Shown here one piece after another: positions 52,404 through 64,000 of a stretch of DNA of 64,000 nt; the first letter of the stretch is position 1, and the number at the start of each line of letters is the position of its first letter. The position numbers were made by a program, and so were the translations under genes. The DNA comes from Heterodontus francisci (taxonomy: Eukaryota), in the NCBI RefSeq assembly GCF_036365525.1, contig NC_090415.1, positions 12,772,001-12,836,000 of the forward strand, written 5' to 3'. The notes beneath the pieces were generated by a model. The model did no database searches and was not told where the DNA came from. It saw nothing but the letters and a program-made list of their open reading frames with translations.

Positions 52404-52685
52404 AACATTCATTACTGTTTGGAGAGAGAAATCAGCAATGATTTTCAATAGTGAGTTCATCATATTCTGTCTCTCTCTCCCTGTCCAGACACTGCCTGAG
52501 AAAGACCTCTCCCTTCCCCCCCCAGCTCACTCCATGTTCCAGGACCAGTTCCTGCTCCACAATACACATTACAAACTGTCCCCCACTCCCGCTGAATGTA
52601 CCCGGTAATCAATGCTAATCTTTCAGCACATCGGCAGACGCGGGGCCAAATCTGTTGTACTGCTGTGAGCAGATACTGTTTGTTC

Positions 52686-52835
52686 ACTTACCCCAGGCTT
52701 GTAATGTCTCCATTTGCAGCTGATTTAAACAATCACAGTGAATGGTGCTCAGAGGCAGTGCTGGGGGATGGGGTGCGCATGCGCTCTTCTCCGCGTTATG
52801 ACGTCATATTCGACAGGCCTCTATCGCGCATGAGC
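52686..52835 (-). promoter_or_regulatory. Paralogous candidate promoter and first exon: NRF1-type sites and CRE
   Basis: TGCGCATGCGC 52774-52784; TGACGTCA 52799-52806; GCGCATGAGC 52826-52835; minus-strand ATG at 52713 and GTAAGT at 52691-52686. Confidence 0.55.
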
Positions 52836-53452
52836 AGATCTCTGCAGAGAGAGCGGGAACAGGCGAGAGGAGCCGGGAGATAAAAGGAGCCGAAGCCAGA
52901 GACCAGAAGCAGCAGCGAGAGCCGCTCGGTTCTGTTCTGTGGACCTGCTTGACCAGCAAAAGGTGAAGTGTGATGTCACAGGAGAGCTGCTCAGTGATTG
53001 GTGGGTATTTCTTTCTTCCATTTGAGCAGTGGGAGTGGTGAGAGTGCGAGCCAGGGGGCAGCCGGGAAGGTAAGTTTCACTAGAAAGTACTTACCTCGTG
53101 ATTGGGCGGACACGGACACAGGGACTGCTGGGTAAGTGAACTTATATATTCAGGCAGTGGCTAAACCTGAAACACTACACGTGTAGTGTCTCCCACCCAT
53201 CCTCCTCCTCTAACCAAAAAAAAAGGACTCTTGTCAGGAGGGTTCGGTGAGGTAAGTTTTTTCCTTTATTTTTTTAAATCTCTTTTGTCAATTTAGAGTG
53301 GAGGGGATGGAAGCTAGGGCAGTTGCATGCTCCTCTTACAGGATGTGGGAGGTAAGGGTCACCACTTGTTTAATATAGGCAGGCATCAAGATCGGCGCAG
53401 GCTTGGAGGGCCGAATGGCCTGTTCCTGTGCTGTACTGTTCTTTGTTCTTTG
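52836..53452 (+). mobile_element. CR1 5' UTR and first ORF1 codons joined to a CR1 3' tail
   Basis: ATG at 53307 gives MEARAVACSSYRMWEVRVT, compare 45541..45981; tail GGGCCGAATGGCC...TGTTCTTTGTTCTTTG. Confidence 0.75.
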
Positions 53453-53925
53453 AGGCAGTTGAGAGGAGGTTCACTGGACTGATTCCAGATATGAAAGGTT
53501 TGTCTTATGAAGAGAGATTGAGCAGTTTAGGCCTTTGCTCTCTAGTGTTTAGAAGAATGAGGGGAGATCTAATCGAGGGATATATAAGATGATTAAGGGG
53601 ATTGACAAAGTAGACAGAGAGGATGTTTCCTCATGTGAGGCAATCTAGAACGAGAGGCCATCGTTTCAGAATAAGGGATAGCAGATTTAAAACAGAGATG
53701 AGGAGACATTACTTCTCTCAAAGGGTCGTGAGACTGTGGAATTCACTACCCCACATTGTGCTGGATGACGGGACGTTGAGTAAAGTTAAGGAGGAGATGG
53801 TCAGATTTTCAATTAATAATGGGTTGAAGGGTTATGGAGAACGGGAAGGAAAGTGGAGTTGAGGACGAAATGAGATCAGCCATGGTTGTATTGAATGGTG
53901 GGGCAGGTTTGAGGGGCTGAATTCT
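53453..53925 (+). mobile_element. CR1 3' fragment
   Basis: ORF 53623..53862 RTRGH..., FSQRVV. Confidence 0.8.
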
Positions 53926-54315
53926 TCCTCCATTTCTCACCATCTCTTGCTCTCTCACTCTCTCCCTCTCACCTATTTTCTCTCAGTCTCTCCATCTCTC
54001 TCTCTCCATCTCTGTCCAATTGAGGAAATTCTTCCTCCATTTCTCTCCATCTCTTGCTCTGTCACTCTCTCCCTCTCACCTGTTTTCTCTCAGTCTCTCC
54101 ATCACTCTCTCTCCATCTCTGTCCAATTGAGGAGATTCTCCCTCCATTACTCACCATCTGTTGCTCTCTCACTCTCACCTATTTTCTCTCAGTCTCTCCA
54201 TCTCTCTATGATTCTTTCAAGCTCAGTCCTTCCTCTCTCTCTCTCTCCCCATCACTCTCTCTTTTCTATTTCCGTCTCTATTACTTGCTCTCCAACTGTC
54301 TTGCTCTCTCTGTCC
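53922..54315 (+). repeat. CT-rich tandem repeat, about 107-bp period, about 3 copies
   Basis: TTCT(T/C)CCTCCAT at 53922, 54029 and 54136. Confidence 0.8.
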
Positions 54316-54379
54316 ATGTTGGGTCCTTTTAAGAGTTTGGGACAGTTCTGGTGGTGCAGGGTCCCTTTAAGAGTCTGGT

Positions 54380-54810
54380 GCTGACCCCCCTCCCCCACCC
54401 CGGGGGGTGGGGTTACAAGTCGCCCAAACCGCGGCTGCGCGGAGGCTGGAAGCACATTTTGACCCCTTGACCTCCAGACACGTGGGGCCAGGCAGCCAAT
54501 GAGACCTCATTGACGCCAGAGCGGGAGGGAGGTGTCATCAGCCGCCATGTTCGCGTGACGTCACCCGCCGGCTACTTATTTCCGCAAAGAGCAGCTGAAA
54601 GGAAAAGGAGAAGCGGCTTCAGCTGTCGATCTCAATGGGGGAAAGTTGAACGTCTGAGCCGGGGGAGAATATAAAAAAGCGGCATTTAACGCTCTTGTGG
54701 AGATGCGCATGTGCGGAGCATCCTCCCAGAGTGCAGCGCGGCCTGTACCGCAGAAAGGGGCCGTTCCCAGTCGCGCGGCATTGTGGGAGCCGCAGGACGT
54801 CATTGCCCCC
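54380..54810. promoter_or_regulatory. CpG-rich housekeeping-type promoter
   Basis: E-box 54479, CCAAT 54496, YY1-type GCCGCCATGTT 54541, CRE 54556, TATAAAA 54670, NRF1-like 54704, ZNF143-type GCATTGTGGGAG 54778. Confidence 0.65.
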
Positions 54811-55124
54811 TCATTAACTCAGTAAAAATTAACTCATTCCCTTTCAGCTCTCTATCCCTCCTTTTCATATTGCAGGCTGACATGGGCTTTTTTGGCATTC
54901 ATTACACCATCCCGGGTGTGATCAGATACTCTGTCCCTTCGTAATCGATTTCCCGTCCCTCCAACAGCTTGTGCTTGTTATTGGCTTTTCTCCTCCTGAA
55001 ATGGTTGCTGAATTTGTTGATCTTTTTCTCCTGGCTTCATAGCTAACCCTCTCTCCCTCTGTCTCTCTCATAGTGTCAAAGAGAGCAGGAGGGAGAGAGA
55101 GAGGAAGACGGAGAAAGACACAGA

Positions 55125-55780
55125 GAACAACCCCAGCTTCTCCAATCTATCCACGTAACTGAAGTCCCTCATCCCTGGAACCTTGCTCGTGAATCTTTTA
55201 TGCATCCTCTCTACAGCCCCCACATCCTTCCTAAAGTATGGTGTCCAGAAATGGACACAATACTAGATGAGGATGAAGCAGTGTTTTATAAAGCTTCATC
55301 ATAACCTACTTGCTTTTGTACTCTCAGCCTCTATTTACAAAGCCTGGATCCCATATGCCTTTTAACCACTTTCTCAACCAGCCCTGCCACCTTCAATTTG
55401 TGCACAGACATCCCCAGGTCTCTCTGTTCCTGCACCCACTTCCTTCTCTTCTTAGGTTCCCATGACAGAGAGGGACAGAAGGACAGGGAGGTCTAGAAAT
55501 AAGTACGGAGAGAGAGAGCAAACAAACAGGAAACACATATGGGAACACCACCACCTGCAAGTTTCCCTTCCAGTCTCACGCCATCCTGACTTGGAACTAT
55601 ATCACCATTCCTTCACTGTCACTAGGTCAAAATCCTGGATCTCACTTCCTAACAGCACTGTGGGTGTAACTACCCCACATGGACTGCAGCGGTTCAAGAA
55701 GGTTCAACAGCAATTCGTGATGGGCAATAAAATGCTGACATAGCCAATAATGCACACATCCAACAAATGAATAAAAAATA
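55125..55780. mobile_element. CR1 fragment (55125-55440, -) and CR1/L2-group 3' end (55535-55780, +)
   Basis: Similarity to 6820-7140 and 30485-30735 respectively. Confidence 0.7.
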
Positions 55781-55819
55781 ATAACAATTTGGCACCAAGT
55801 CACTAAAGGGGAGACCACT

Positions 55820-56455
55820 GGAGGGACAGAGACAGAGAGAGAAGGTGAGAGATGGAGTGACAGGGAGGGAAGGACAGATGGAGGGATAGAGAGAGAGAGT
55901 GACAGAGAGAGAGGCAGAGACAGAGATAGAAGGAGAAAGACGGAGAGACAGAGAGGGAAAGACAGATGGAGGGAGAGAGAGAGAGACAGAGATAGAAGGA
56001 GAGAGAGGGAAAGACAGAGAGACAGAGATGGAAGGACAGAGAGGGAAAGACAGATGGAGGGACAGAGAGGGAAAGACAGATGGAGGAACAGAGAGAGAGA
56101 GGCAGAGATGGAAGGAGAGAAAGGGAGAAATAGACAGGGAAAGACAGATGGAGGGACAGAGAGAGATACAGAGATAGGAGAGAGAGGGAGTGTCAGGGAG
56201 GGAAAGACAGATGGAGGGACAGAGTGAGAGACAGAGAGAGAAGGAGACAGATGGAGTGACAGGGAGGGAAGGACAGATAGAGGGATAGAGAGAGAGACAG
56301 AGATAGAAGGAGAGAGAGGGAGTGACAGAGAGACAGGCAGAGACAGAGATAGAAGGAGAGAGAGGGAGTGACAAGGAGGGAAAGACAGATGGAAAGACAG
56401 AGAGAGAGACAGAGAAAGAAGGAGAGAGAGGGAAAGACAGATGGAGGGACAGAGT
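55820..56455 (+). repeat. GA-rich purine minisatellite
   Basis: Repeated GAGGGAAAGACAGATGGAGGGACA and GAGACAGAGATAGAAGGAGA units. Confidence 0.92.
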
Positions 56456-56999
56456 GTTCGGTGCTGTATCACTCTATGACTCTAAGTACTCCAGATGAGC
56501 CTCACCAAGGCCTTGTATAACTGCAGTAAGACATCTGTGCTCCTGTACTCAAACCCTCTTGCAACGAAGGCCAACATACCATTTTCCTTCCTAATTGCTT
56601 GCTGCACCTGAATGCTTGCTTTCAGCGACTGATGTACAAGGACACCCAGGTCTCGTTGCACCTCCCCCTTTCCCTATCTATCACTATTCAGATAATAATC
56701 TGCTTTACTGTTTTAAAACCAAAGTGGATAACTTCACTTTTATCCTATTTATATTTCATCTGCCACACAGTTGCCTACTCACCCAACTTGTCCAAATCAC
56801 ATTGGAGCCTTCCGCCACTCACTGGTCTTCATTTCCCATGTTACTATTCTGCTCTCTTACCTTGACTCTACCCCTTGATTTGTTGCACCTACCCAAGCTT
56901 GATCCCTTTACCCCTTGGTTTCATTCAAAGCCCTCTCTACTTCCCTAGTTATGCAGTTTGCCAGAAAACTGATCCCTCTCAATTTACCTCTAAATTCCC

Positions 57000-58150
57000 T
57001 AGTCTACAATTTATCTCTGTCAAGTTCTGATTTTGAGTGTGAGTATATCTGTACCTGTTTTATGTGAGAACCGTCTTATTCTGTACCTTTCAGATTCTGA
57101 TGTGTCTGTGTGTCTGGCTTGTACTTTGTCCCCATGAGTTTAGAATATGTGAGTGTGGATTTGACTGTTAATATTACATTCTTGGGAATATGAGTGGGGT
57201 TTCACTCTTCATCTTTGAGTGTCTAGTAGGCCAATTTAAGGTTTAATCTGTGCCCTTAAATTTCTAATGTGTAGCTGTGGTTTTTATCCTGTCGCAGTCA
57301 CTATCTGTTATAAGAGTAAAGGGTACATTCTGGTTTTAGCTTGTGGATTTTTCACCACATCTCTACATTGTCTCAGATGTGAATGCGATTTTTAATCTCT
57401 ACATGCCAGTTTCTGACATATGGCTCTGAGGTTTAATTTGTGCATTTCATTCTCAGGTATGTGACTGCCAATTTTATTCTGAACCTCTCAGTTTCCTTTA
57501 CCTGTGTGCGAGTTTTAGTCGGTATCTGTCAGTATCTGGTATATGAATCTTCTTCCTTATGCGTATGTTTTGCTCTGTATTTGTCAGTGTCTGAGGTGCC
57601 AATTGTCAGGTTTTCTTTGTACCTGTCACTCTCTGTTATGCATCACAGACTTTCCCTCTCTAACTGTAAATTTCTTGCAATTCACTGTGGATTTCACTCT
57701 GTCTGTCAGTCTCTGGTAGTTAAGTGTGGTTTTTATACTTCATCTCCTAATTTCTGATCTGTGAATGGAGATTTTAATCTGTACCTTTTGGCTACTAGTG
57801 TGTGAGTCTGTGTTTCAATCTGAATCTGCCAGTTTCTCATATGTGAGGGTGGCATTTATTCTGTACCAGTTACTTTCTGAAATGTGTGAAGATTTCAATC
57901 TTTCCCTGTCAGTTTCTGGTATGTGAATGTGAGTTTATTCTGGATCTTTCAATCTTTGGAATTTGAGTACATGCTTTATCCTATACCTTTTTGTTTCTGT
58001 TAAGTGAATGAAGGATTAGATCTGAACCTGTCCATTGATAGTAAATGAATATCTGTTTTCGTCTGTACCTGGCAGTTTATGGCAAAGTAAGGTGGTTTAT
58101 TTCTCTACCGGCCAGATTCTGATCTGTGACTGTCATTTTATTCTGACTTG
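57000..58150 (+). repeat. Degenerate 41-bp repeat block
   Basis: Near-identical paralog of 47315-48465. Confidence 0.85.
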
Positions 58151-60540
58151 ATTTGAATGCATTAAGCTTTTCTAAATATCCTGCTATTTCTTCCTTCATA
58201 ATGGACTCCAGCATTTTCCCAATGACAGATGTTAGACTGACTGGCCTATCGTTTTCTGCTTTTTTGTCTCCCTCCCTTCGTGAACAAGGGCATCACATTA
58301 ACGGTTTTCCAATCTGCTAGGACCCTCCTGGAATCCACTGAGATCTGGAATATTTTGACCAATGTTTCCATTACCTCTGCAGCCACTTGGTTTAAAACTC
58401 TAGGATGTAGGCCATCAGGTCCTGGCGACTTGTCTGTCTTTAGTCCCATTAGTTTATCAAGTACTTTGTCCCTCGTTATAGAGACAGTTACAAGATCTTT
58501 CTTCCTATTCGGCCCTTGATTATCTGATATCTGTGGGACGTTTATAGTGTCCTCCACTGTGAAGACAGATGCAAAATATTGGTTTAAATTATCTGCCATT
58601 TCCCTGTTCCCTGTCATCAATTCTACAGTCACATCCTCCAAAGTCCCACACTCTCTTTAGCTACTCTCTTTTTCTATACCCATAGAAGCTCTCACTGTTT
58701 GTTTTTATATTTCTTGCCAATTTACTTTCATAATCATTTTTCTCCCTTTTTATTAGCTTTTTAGTCATCCGCTGCTGGTTCCTAAAAAAATTCTCAATCG
58801 TCCGGCCTACCACTAATCTTTGCCGCTTTGTATCCCACAGTTTTTGATTGGATACTCTCCTTGACTGAATTTGTTAATCATGGGTGGTTCATCCTTCTCT
58901 TTTTGACTGGGATTAATTTTTCCTCAGCATTATGAACTATCTGTTTAAATGCCTGCCACTGCTCATCCACTGACTTTCCCCTTACGCTATTTTCCCAGCC
59001 CGCTTTGGACAACTCTTTCTTCATACCACTGCAATTGCCTTTTTCAAGTTAAGGACACTGGTTTGAGACCAGAGTTGCTCGCCCTCAAACTGAATTTGAA
59101 ATTCTACCATGTTGTGATCACTACACACCAGAGGATTCTTAACTACGATATCTCTTATTAATACTACCTTATTACACATTGCTAGATCTAAAATACCCTG
59201 CTCCCGGGTAGGTTCTGCAATGTATTACTCTAAGTATCAGTCCCTGATGCATGCTACAAATTTGTCTTCAATGTTACCTCTGCCAATCTGATTTGTCCAC
59301 TCAATATGCAGATTAAAATTACCCATAACAATTCTGCCACCCTTCTTACATGGCACCTTTATTTCCCGATTTATACTTTGTCCTACAGTGAGCCAACACG
59401 TAAGGGACCTATAGTCGAATCCCACCCGTGACTTCTTCCCCTTGCTATTCCTAATTTCCACCCAAACTGATTCTACATCATGATCTATTGCACCTATATC
59501 ACCACTCACCACTGCACTGATACCTTCCTTTGATAACAAAGCTATCCTACCTGCTTCTTCTTTTTGTCTATTTTTCTAGAACGTTGAATATTGAGTTTCC
59601 AATCTTGGTCACCCTGCAACTACGTCTCTGAAACAGCTATCAAGTCACATTCATTTATTTCTATCTGTGCCATCTACTCATCTACCTTTTTCCAAATGTT
59701 GGGTGCATTCAGTTCAAGAGCCTTAAGCTTTGACTTTTTACCATTATTAGTCATTCTGGTTTTAATTTCTGCTGCACAGTTCTGCTAATATTTTCGGCAC
59801 CTTCCTGTCACACTTTGATTACCATATGTCTCTTCACTAGCCTGCACCAGTGCTTTCTCATTCCTTTTTGATTTTTTAAACTTCCCTTCAATTGAAACCT
59901 TCTCCCCACTAATTACTTTAAAGTCATATCTACAACCCTAGTTATACGATTCAACAGGACACTGGTCCCAGCATGGTTCAAATGAAGCCCATCCCAATGG
60001 AACAGCTCTCTCCTTCCCCAGTACTGGTGCCACTGCTGCATGAATTGGAACCCATTACTCACACACCAAACTTTGAGCCACACGTTTACCTCTCCAATCT
60101 TATTTACCCTATGCCAATTTGTCCATGGCTCAGGTAGTAATCTGGAGAGTATTACCTTTGATGTTCTGTTGTTCAAATTAACCCCGAGCTGTTCCTTGTA
60201 CCTCAGCAGAACCTCTTTCAAGCCCTACTTATGGCATTGATATCTATGTGGACCACAACAACTGGATCCTTCCCATCCCACTCCAAGTTCCTCTACAGTC
60301 CAGAAGAGATGTCCTTAATCTTGGCACCAGGTAGACAGCACAGCCTTCAGGACTCCCTGTCTTTGCTGCAGAGAACGGTATCTATTCCCTGAACTATGCT
60401 ATCCCCTATTACTAAACCCCCACTTGAATGGCACTCTGAACCACGGTGCTGTGGTCAGTTTGCTAATCCTCCCTGCAGCCTGTGCCCTCGTCCACATGTG
60501 GAGCAACAACCTCATACCTCATGGATAAGGGCTAAGGATA
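58150..60540 (-). mobile_element. Decayed CR1 (paralog of 48795-50780)
   Basis: ORFs 58246..58641 (KSPGPDGLHPRVL), 59237..59539, 59913..60221. Confidence 0.88.
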
Positions 60541-60895
60541 AGGATAATGATATGACTGTGGATCACATTCTGTACCTTTCAGTCTCTGATCCTGTGTGTG
60601 AATTTAGGCTTCATTATGAATTTGACAGTCTCTGGTACTGAATGTGTGTTTGGAATTCATTCCCTTTGTGTTTGTCTCTAGGGGATTCTGTACATGTGTG
60701 AGAAATTCTGTATCTGCCAGTATCTGTACTGTGCACACATGTTGGACTCATTCAATATATGTAAGTTACTGATAATGTGTCTGTATTTGTGATTCATTCT
60801 CGATCTCTGAAGCTCTTGTTCTCTGTTTGAGTTTAGTATTCATTCTGCACCTCGGTGGCTATGTGCTGTTTGTGAGTGTGGGATCCTGCTGTATT

Positions 60896-62705
60896 CATAG
60901 AAACATAGAAAATAGGAACAGGAGAAGGCCCCCAAAGGGCTTGCTTCACCATTTAAATAGGGATCATGGCTATTTGTCCAATTCAGTGCCCTGTTCCCAC
61001 ATTCTCCCCATATCAGTTGATCCCTTTGGCATTAAGAAATATATCTATTTCCTTCTTGAATATATCTAATAACTTGGCCTCCACTGCCTTCTGCGGCAGA
61101 CAATTCCATAGGTTCACCACCCTCAGTGAAGAAATTTCTCCTCATCTCAGTTCTAAATTGCATACCCCGTATCCTGAGACTGTGATCCCTGGTTCTGGAC
61201 TCCCCAGCCATTGGGAACATCCTCCCTGCATTCAGCATGTATCCTGTTAGAATTTTATAGGTTTCTATGAGATCCCCTCTCATTCTTCTAAACCAAAGTA
61301 AATGTAGGCCTACTTGACCCAATCTCTCCTCGTACATCAATCCTGCCATCCCAGGAACCAAGGCGAGAACAAAATTCCTAAGATAAAGAAACCAAAACTG
61401 CACACAATACGGTGGCACAGTGGTTAGCACCACAGCCTCACAGCTCCAGCGACATGGGTTTGGTTCTGGGTACTGCCTGTATGGAGTTTGCAAGTTCTCC
61501 CTGTGACCATGTGGGTTTCCGCTGGGTGCTCTGATTTTCTCCCACAGCCAAAGACTTGCAGGTTGATAGGTAAATTGGCCATTGTAAATTGCCCCTAGTA
61601 TAGGTTGGTGGTTGGGAAGGTGGGTAGAGGTAGGGAATATGGGATTAATGTAGGATTAGTATAAAAATTGGGTGGTTGTTGGTCGGATGGGGTTAATGTA
61701 GGATTAGTATAAAAATGGGTGGTTGTTGGTCAGCACAGACTCGGTTACCCAAAGGGCCTGGTTCAGTGCTGTATCACTCTATGACTTTAAGTACTCCAGA
61801 TGAGTCTCACCAAGGCCTTGTATAACTGCAGTAAGACATCTGTGCTCCTGTACTCAAATCCTCTTGCAACGAAGGCCAACATACCATTTTCCTTCCTAAT
61901 TGCTTGCTGCACCTGAATGCTTGCTTTCAGCGACTGATGTACAAGGACACCCAGGTCTCGTTGCACCTCCCCCTTTCCCTATCTATCACTATTCAGATAA
62001 TAATCTGTTTTAAAACCAAAGTGGATAACGTCATTTTTATCCAATTTATATTTCATCTGCCATGCAGTTGCCTACTCACCCAACTTGTCCAAATCACATT
62101 GGAGCCTTTTGCATCCTCCTCACAGCTCACAATACCTCCCCCCAAACCCCACCCCCAGCTCTGTGTCATCTGCAAACCTGGAAATGTTACATTTACTTCC
62201 CTCACCCAAGTCTGTAAGATATATTGTGAATAGCTGGGGCTCAAGCACAGTTTCCTGCTGTACCCCACTGGACCCTGCCTGCCACCCAGAAATATACCCA
62301 TTTATTCCTACTCTGTTTCCTGTCTGTCAACTTATTCCCAATCCCTGCCAGTATATTACCCCCAATCCCATGTGCTTTAATTTTGCACACTAACCTCTTA
62401 TGTGGGACCTTGTAAAAAGCCTTCTGAAAATCCAGATGCACCACATCCACTAGTTCTCCATTATCTAGTCTGCTGGTTACATCTTCAAAAAACTCCAGTG
62501 GATTTGTTAAGCATGACTTCTCTTTTGCAAAATTATCACATCCTTTATAATAGACTCCAGCATTTTCCCCACGACTGATGTAAGGTTCACTCGTCTGTAA
62601 TTCCTTTTTTTTCCCTCCCTCCTTGTTTTAAATAGTGAGGTTACGTTTTCCACCCTCCAATCTGTACGAACTGCTCCAGAGTCTACAGAATTTTGGAATA
62701 TCCGG
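60896..62705 (-). mobile_element. CR1 3' portion containing an HE1 SINE (61411-61789, +)
   Basis: (CATAGAAA)n tail at 60896; ORF 62241..62450 LDFQKAF. Confidence 0.85.
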
Positions 62706-63783
62706 TACTTCATATGTATCTCAGGCACTGTGGTGACAACTCTTTGTTTCACACGTTAATGTATCAATATGTGTTTACTTGTGTTTAATTTAAAATATGG
62801 ATTAACAATGTTTTATTGCTGTAGGTTTTATTCAATTCTTGTTTGTGAGTTGTAGCTTTTTATCCAATTTGTATCTCTGCAAAAGCAATTGTGAATGACA
62901 ATCTTTCAATTTTAGAGTATGACCTGACATGTTATGTTAAATTCCATCGGTTTGTAGTAAATGAACTAATCCTGTATGTTTTTGTCTGACCCTTAGTGAC
63001 ATGTTTACACTGGTGTGTAATTTGTAGCTCAGTTTATATTGTGGGGTATGTTATTGGGATTCATTCTGTAGCTTTCAATCAGGTACATTTTGCCTGTTCT
63101 GTTTAAGATTTGGTATTTGAATTGTAGCCAAGGTGACACAGTGTATTTAAATCAGATAATGTGTGTGTTTTTGGACTGTGATTCATGTATCTACCAGTCA
63201 GTTGGAGAGAAATAGAAACAAATACTATCTCTATGCTCTGTTTGACTATTGGATTGATAATGTGTCTCTTTGGGATCAGTCTGGTTCTGACTACTTCTTT
63301 TGTTTGTTACAGTGGAAATGACGACCTGACCGTGTCACTGTGCTTTGTGACTGATACTGTACCTAATATGTGTTGGAACGAGCTGGAGGTACTTTTCCAT
63401 CTATTGACGAGTCATGACTTTCGTTCTGGTTCCTTCGAGTGTTTGCCTGGCAGAAAAAAAAGGTAACTCTTACACTTGAAGAACAGGTGAGTGAGAAGAC
63501 ACAAACTGCTTCTGTTTCCCAGGTATTTGGAGCAGTTTTACAGCAATTTTGTGACATTCAGAAACAACCCATGCCCCGCACTGCTCAATGACCTGGACGA
63601 CTCAATGGAGAAGTGACATTTGCACAAGCCAGATTTCTATTTCCATGTTCAATTGTTCAATGGACAAGAAGTAATAACTGTTTAAAAAAGTGTCCTTAAT
63701 CTCCTCTCCTGATCCTGCAATAGAGAGTCTTTGAAAATCTGCCATGTCTTCATTATTCAGCCATTTTTCCCCCACCATTCATC

Positions 63784-64000
63784 GAGAGATACAATACCTA
63801 AACAAGCCCTTCAACCCATCGAGTCCATGCTGACCACCAACCACCCATTTATACCAATCCTATATTAATCCCATTTTTCCCTCTAAAGTCCCCACTATTC
63901 TCCCACAACATATCTACACCAGGGGCATTTTTTTTTTTTGCAATGGCTAATTTACCTATCAACTTGTAAGTCTTTGGCATGTGGAAGGAAACCAGAGCAC
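63784..64000 (-). mobile_element. HE1-type V-SINE, runs off the window edge
   Basis: Tail and V core similar to the other copies. Confidence 0.8.

Noticed and set aside
55642-56472. Long S/L/P-rich ORFs
   Set aside because: Translations of the GA minisatellite

Overview
Eukaryotic DNA, very likely from an elasmobranch (shark or ray), judging by the HE1-type V-SINEs, CR1 LINEs and short Penelope-derived elements. The window is a replication-dependent histone locus. It holds one complete quintet H1(+) H4(+) H3(+) H2A(-) H2B(-) at 32.5-37.3 kb and a partly decayed paralogous cluster at 1.0-3.6 kb (intact H2A and H2B, an H2B relic fused to an orphan H3 3' end). The spacer DNA is a patchwork of segmental duplications, nested CR1/RTE/Penelope retroelements and SINEs, laid over a heavily diverged, strand-uniform 41-bp tandem repeat found in about 13 blocks. 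The leads most worth following are: (1) a module seen four times, whose two complete copies read twin NRF1-type sites, a conserved ATG+22-nt exon with GTAAGT donor, a conserved acceptor and then the 41-bp array, suggesting a repeat-rich spliced non-coding RNA family inside the histone locus (inference); (2) minimal hammerhead ribozyme motifs in a Penelope element and in short TSD-flanked derivatives; (3) CR1 5' UTRs with tandem monomers, splice signals and a conserved palindrome; (4) a shared CDE/CHR-like motif upstream of H3 and both H2A genes, plus unusual histone substitutions. TE and repeat boundaries were read by eye and are approximate to tens of bp.
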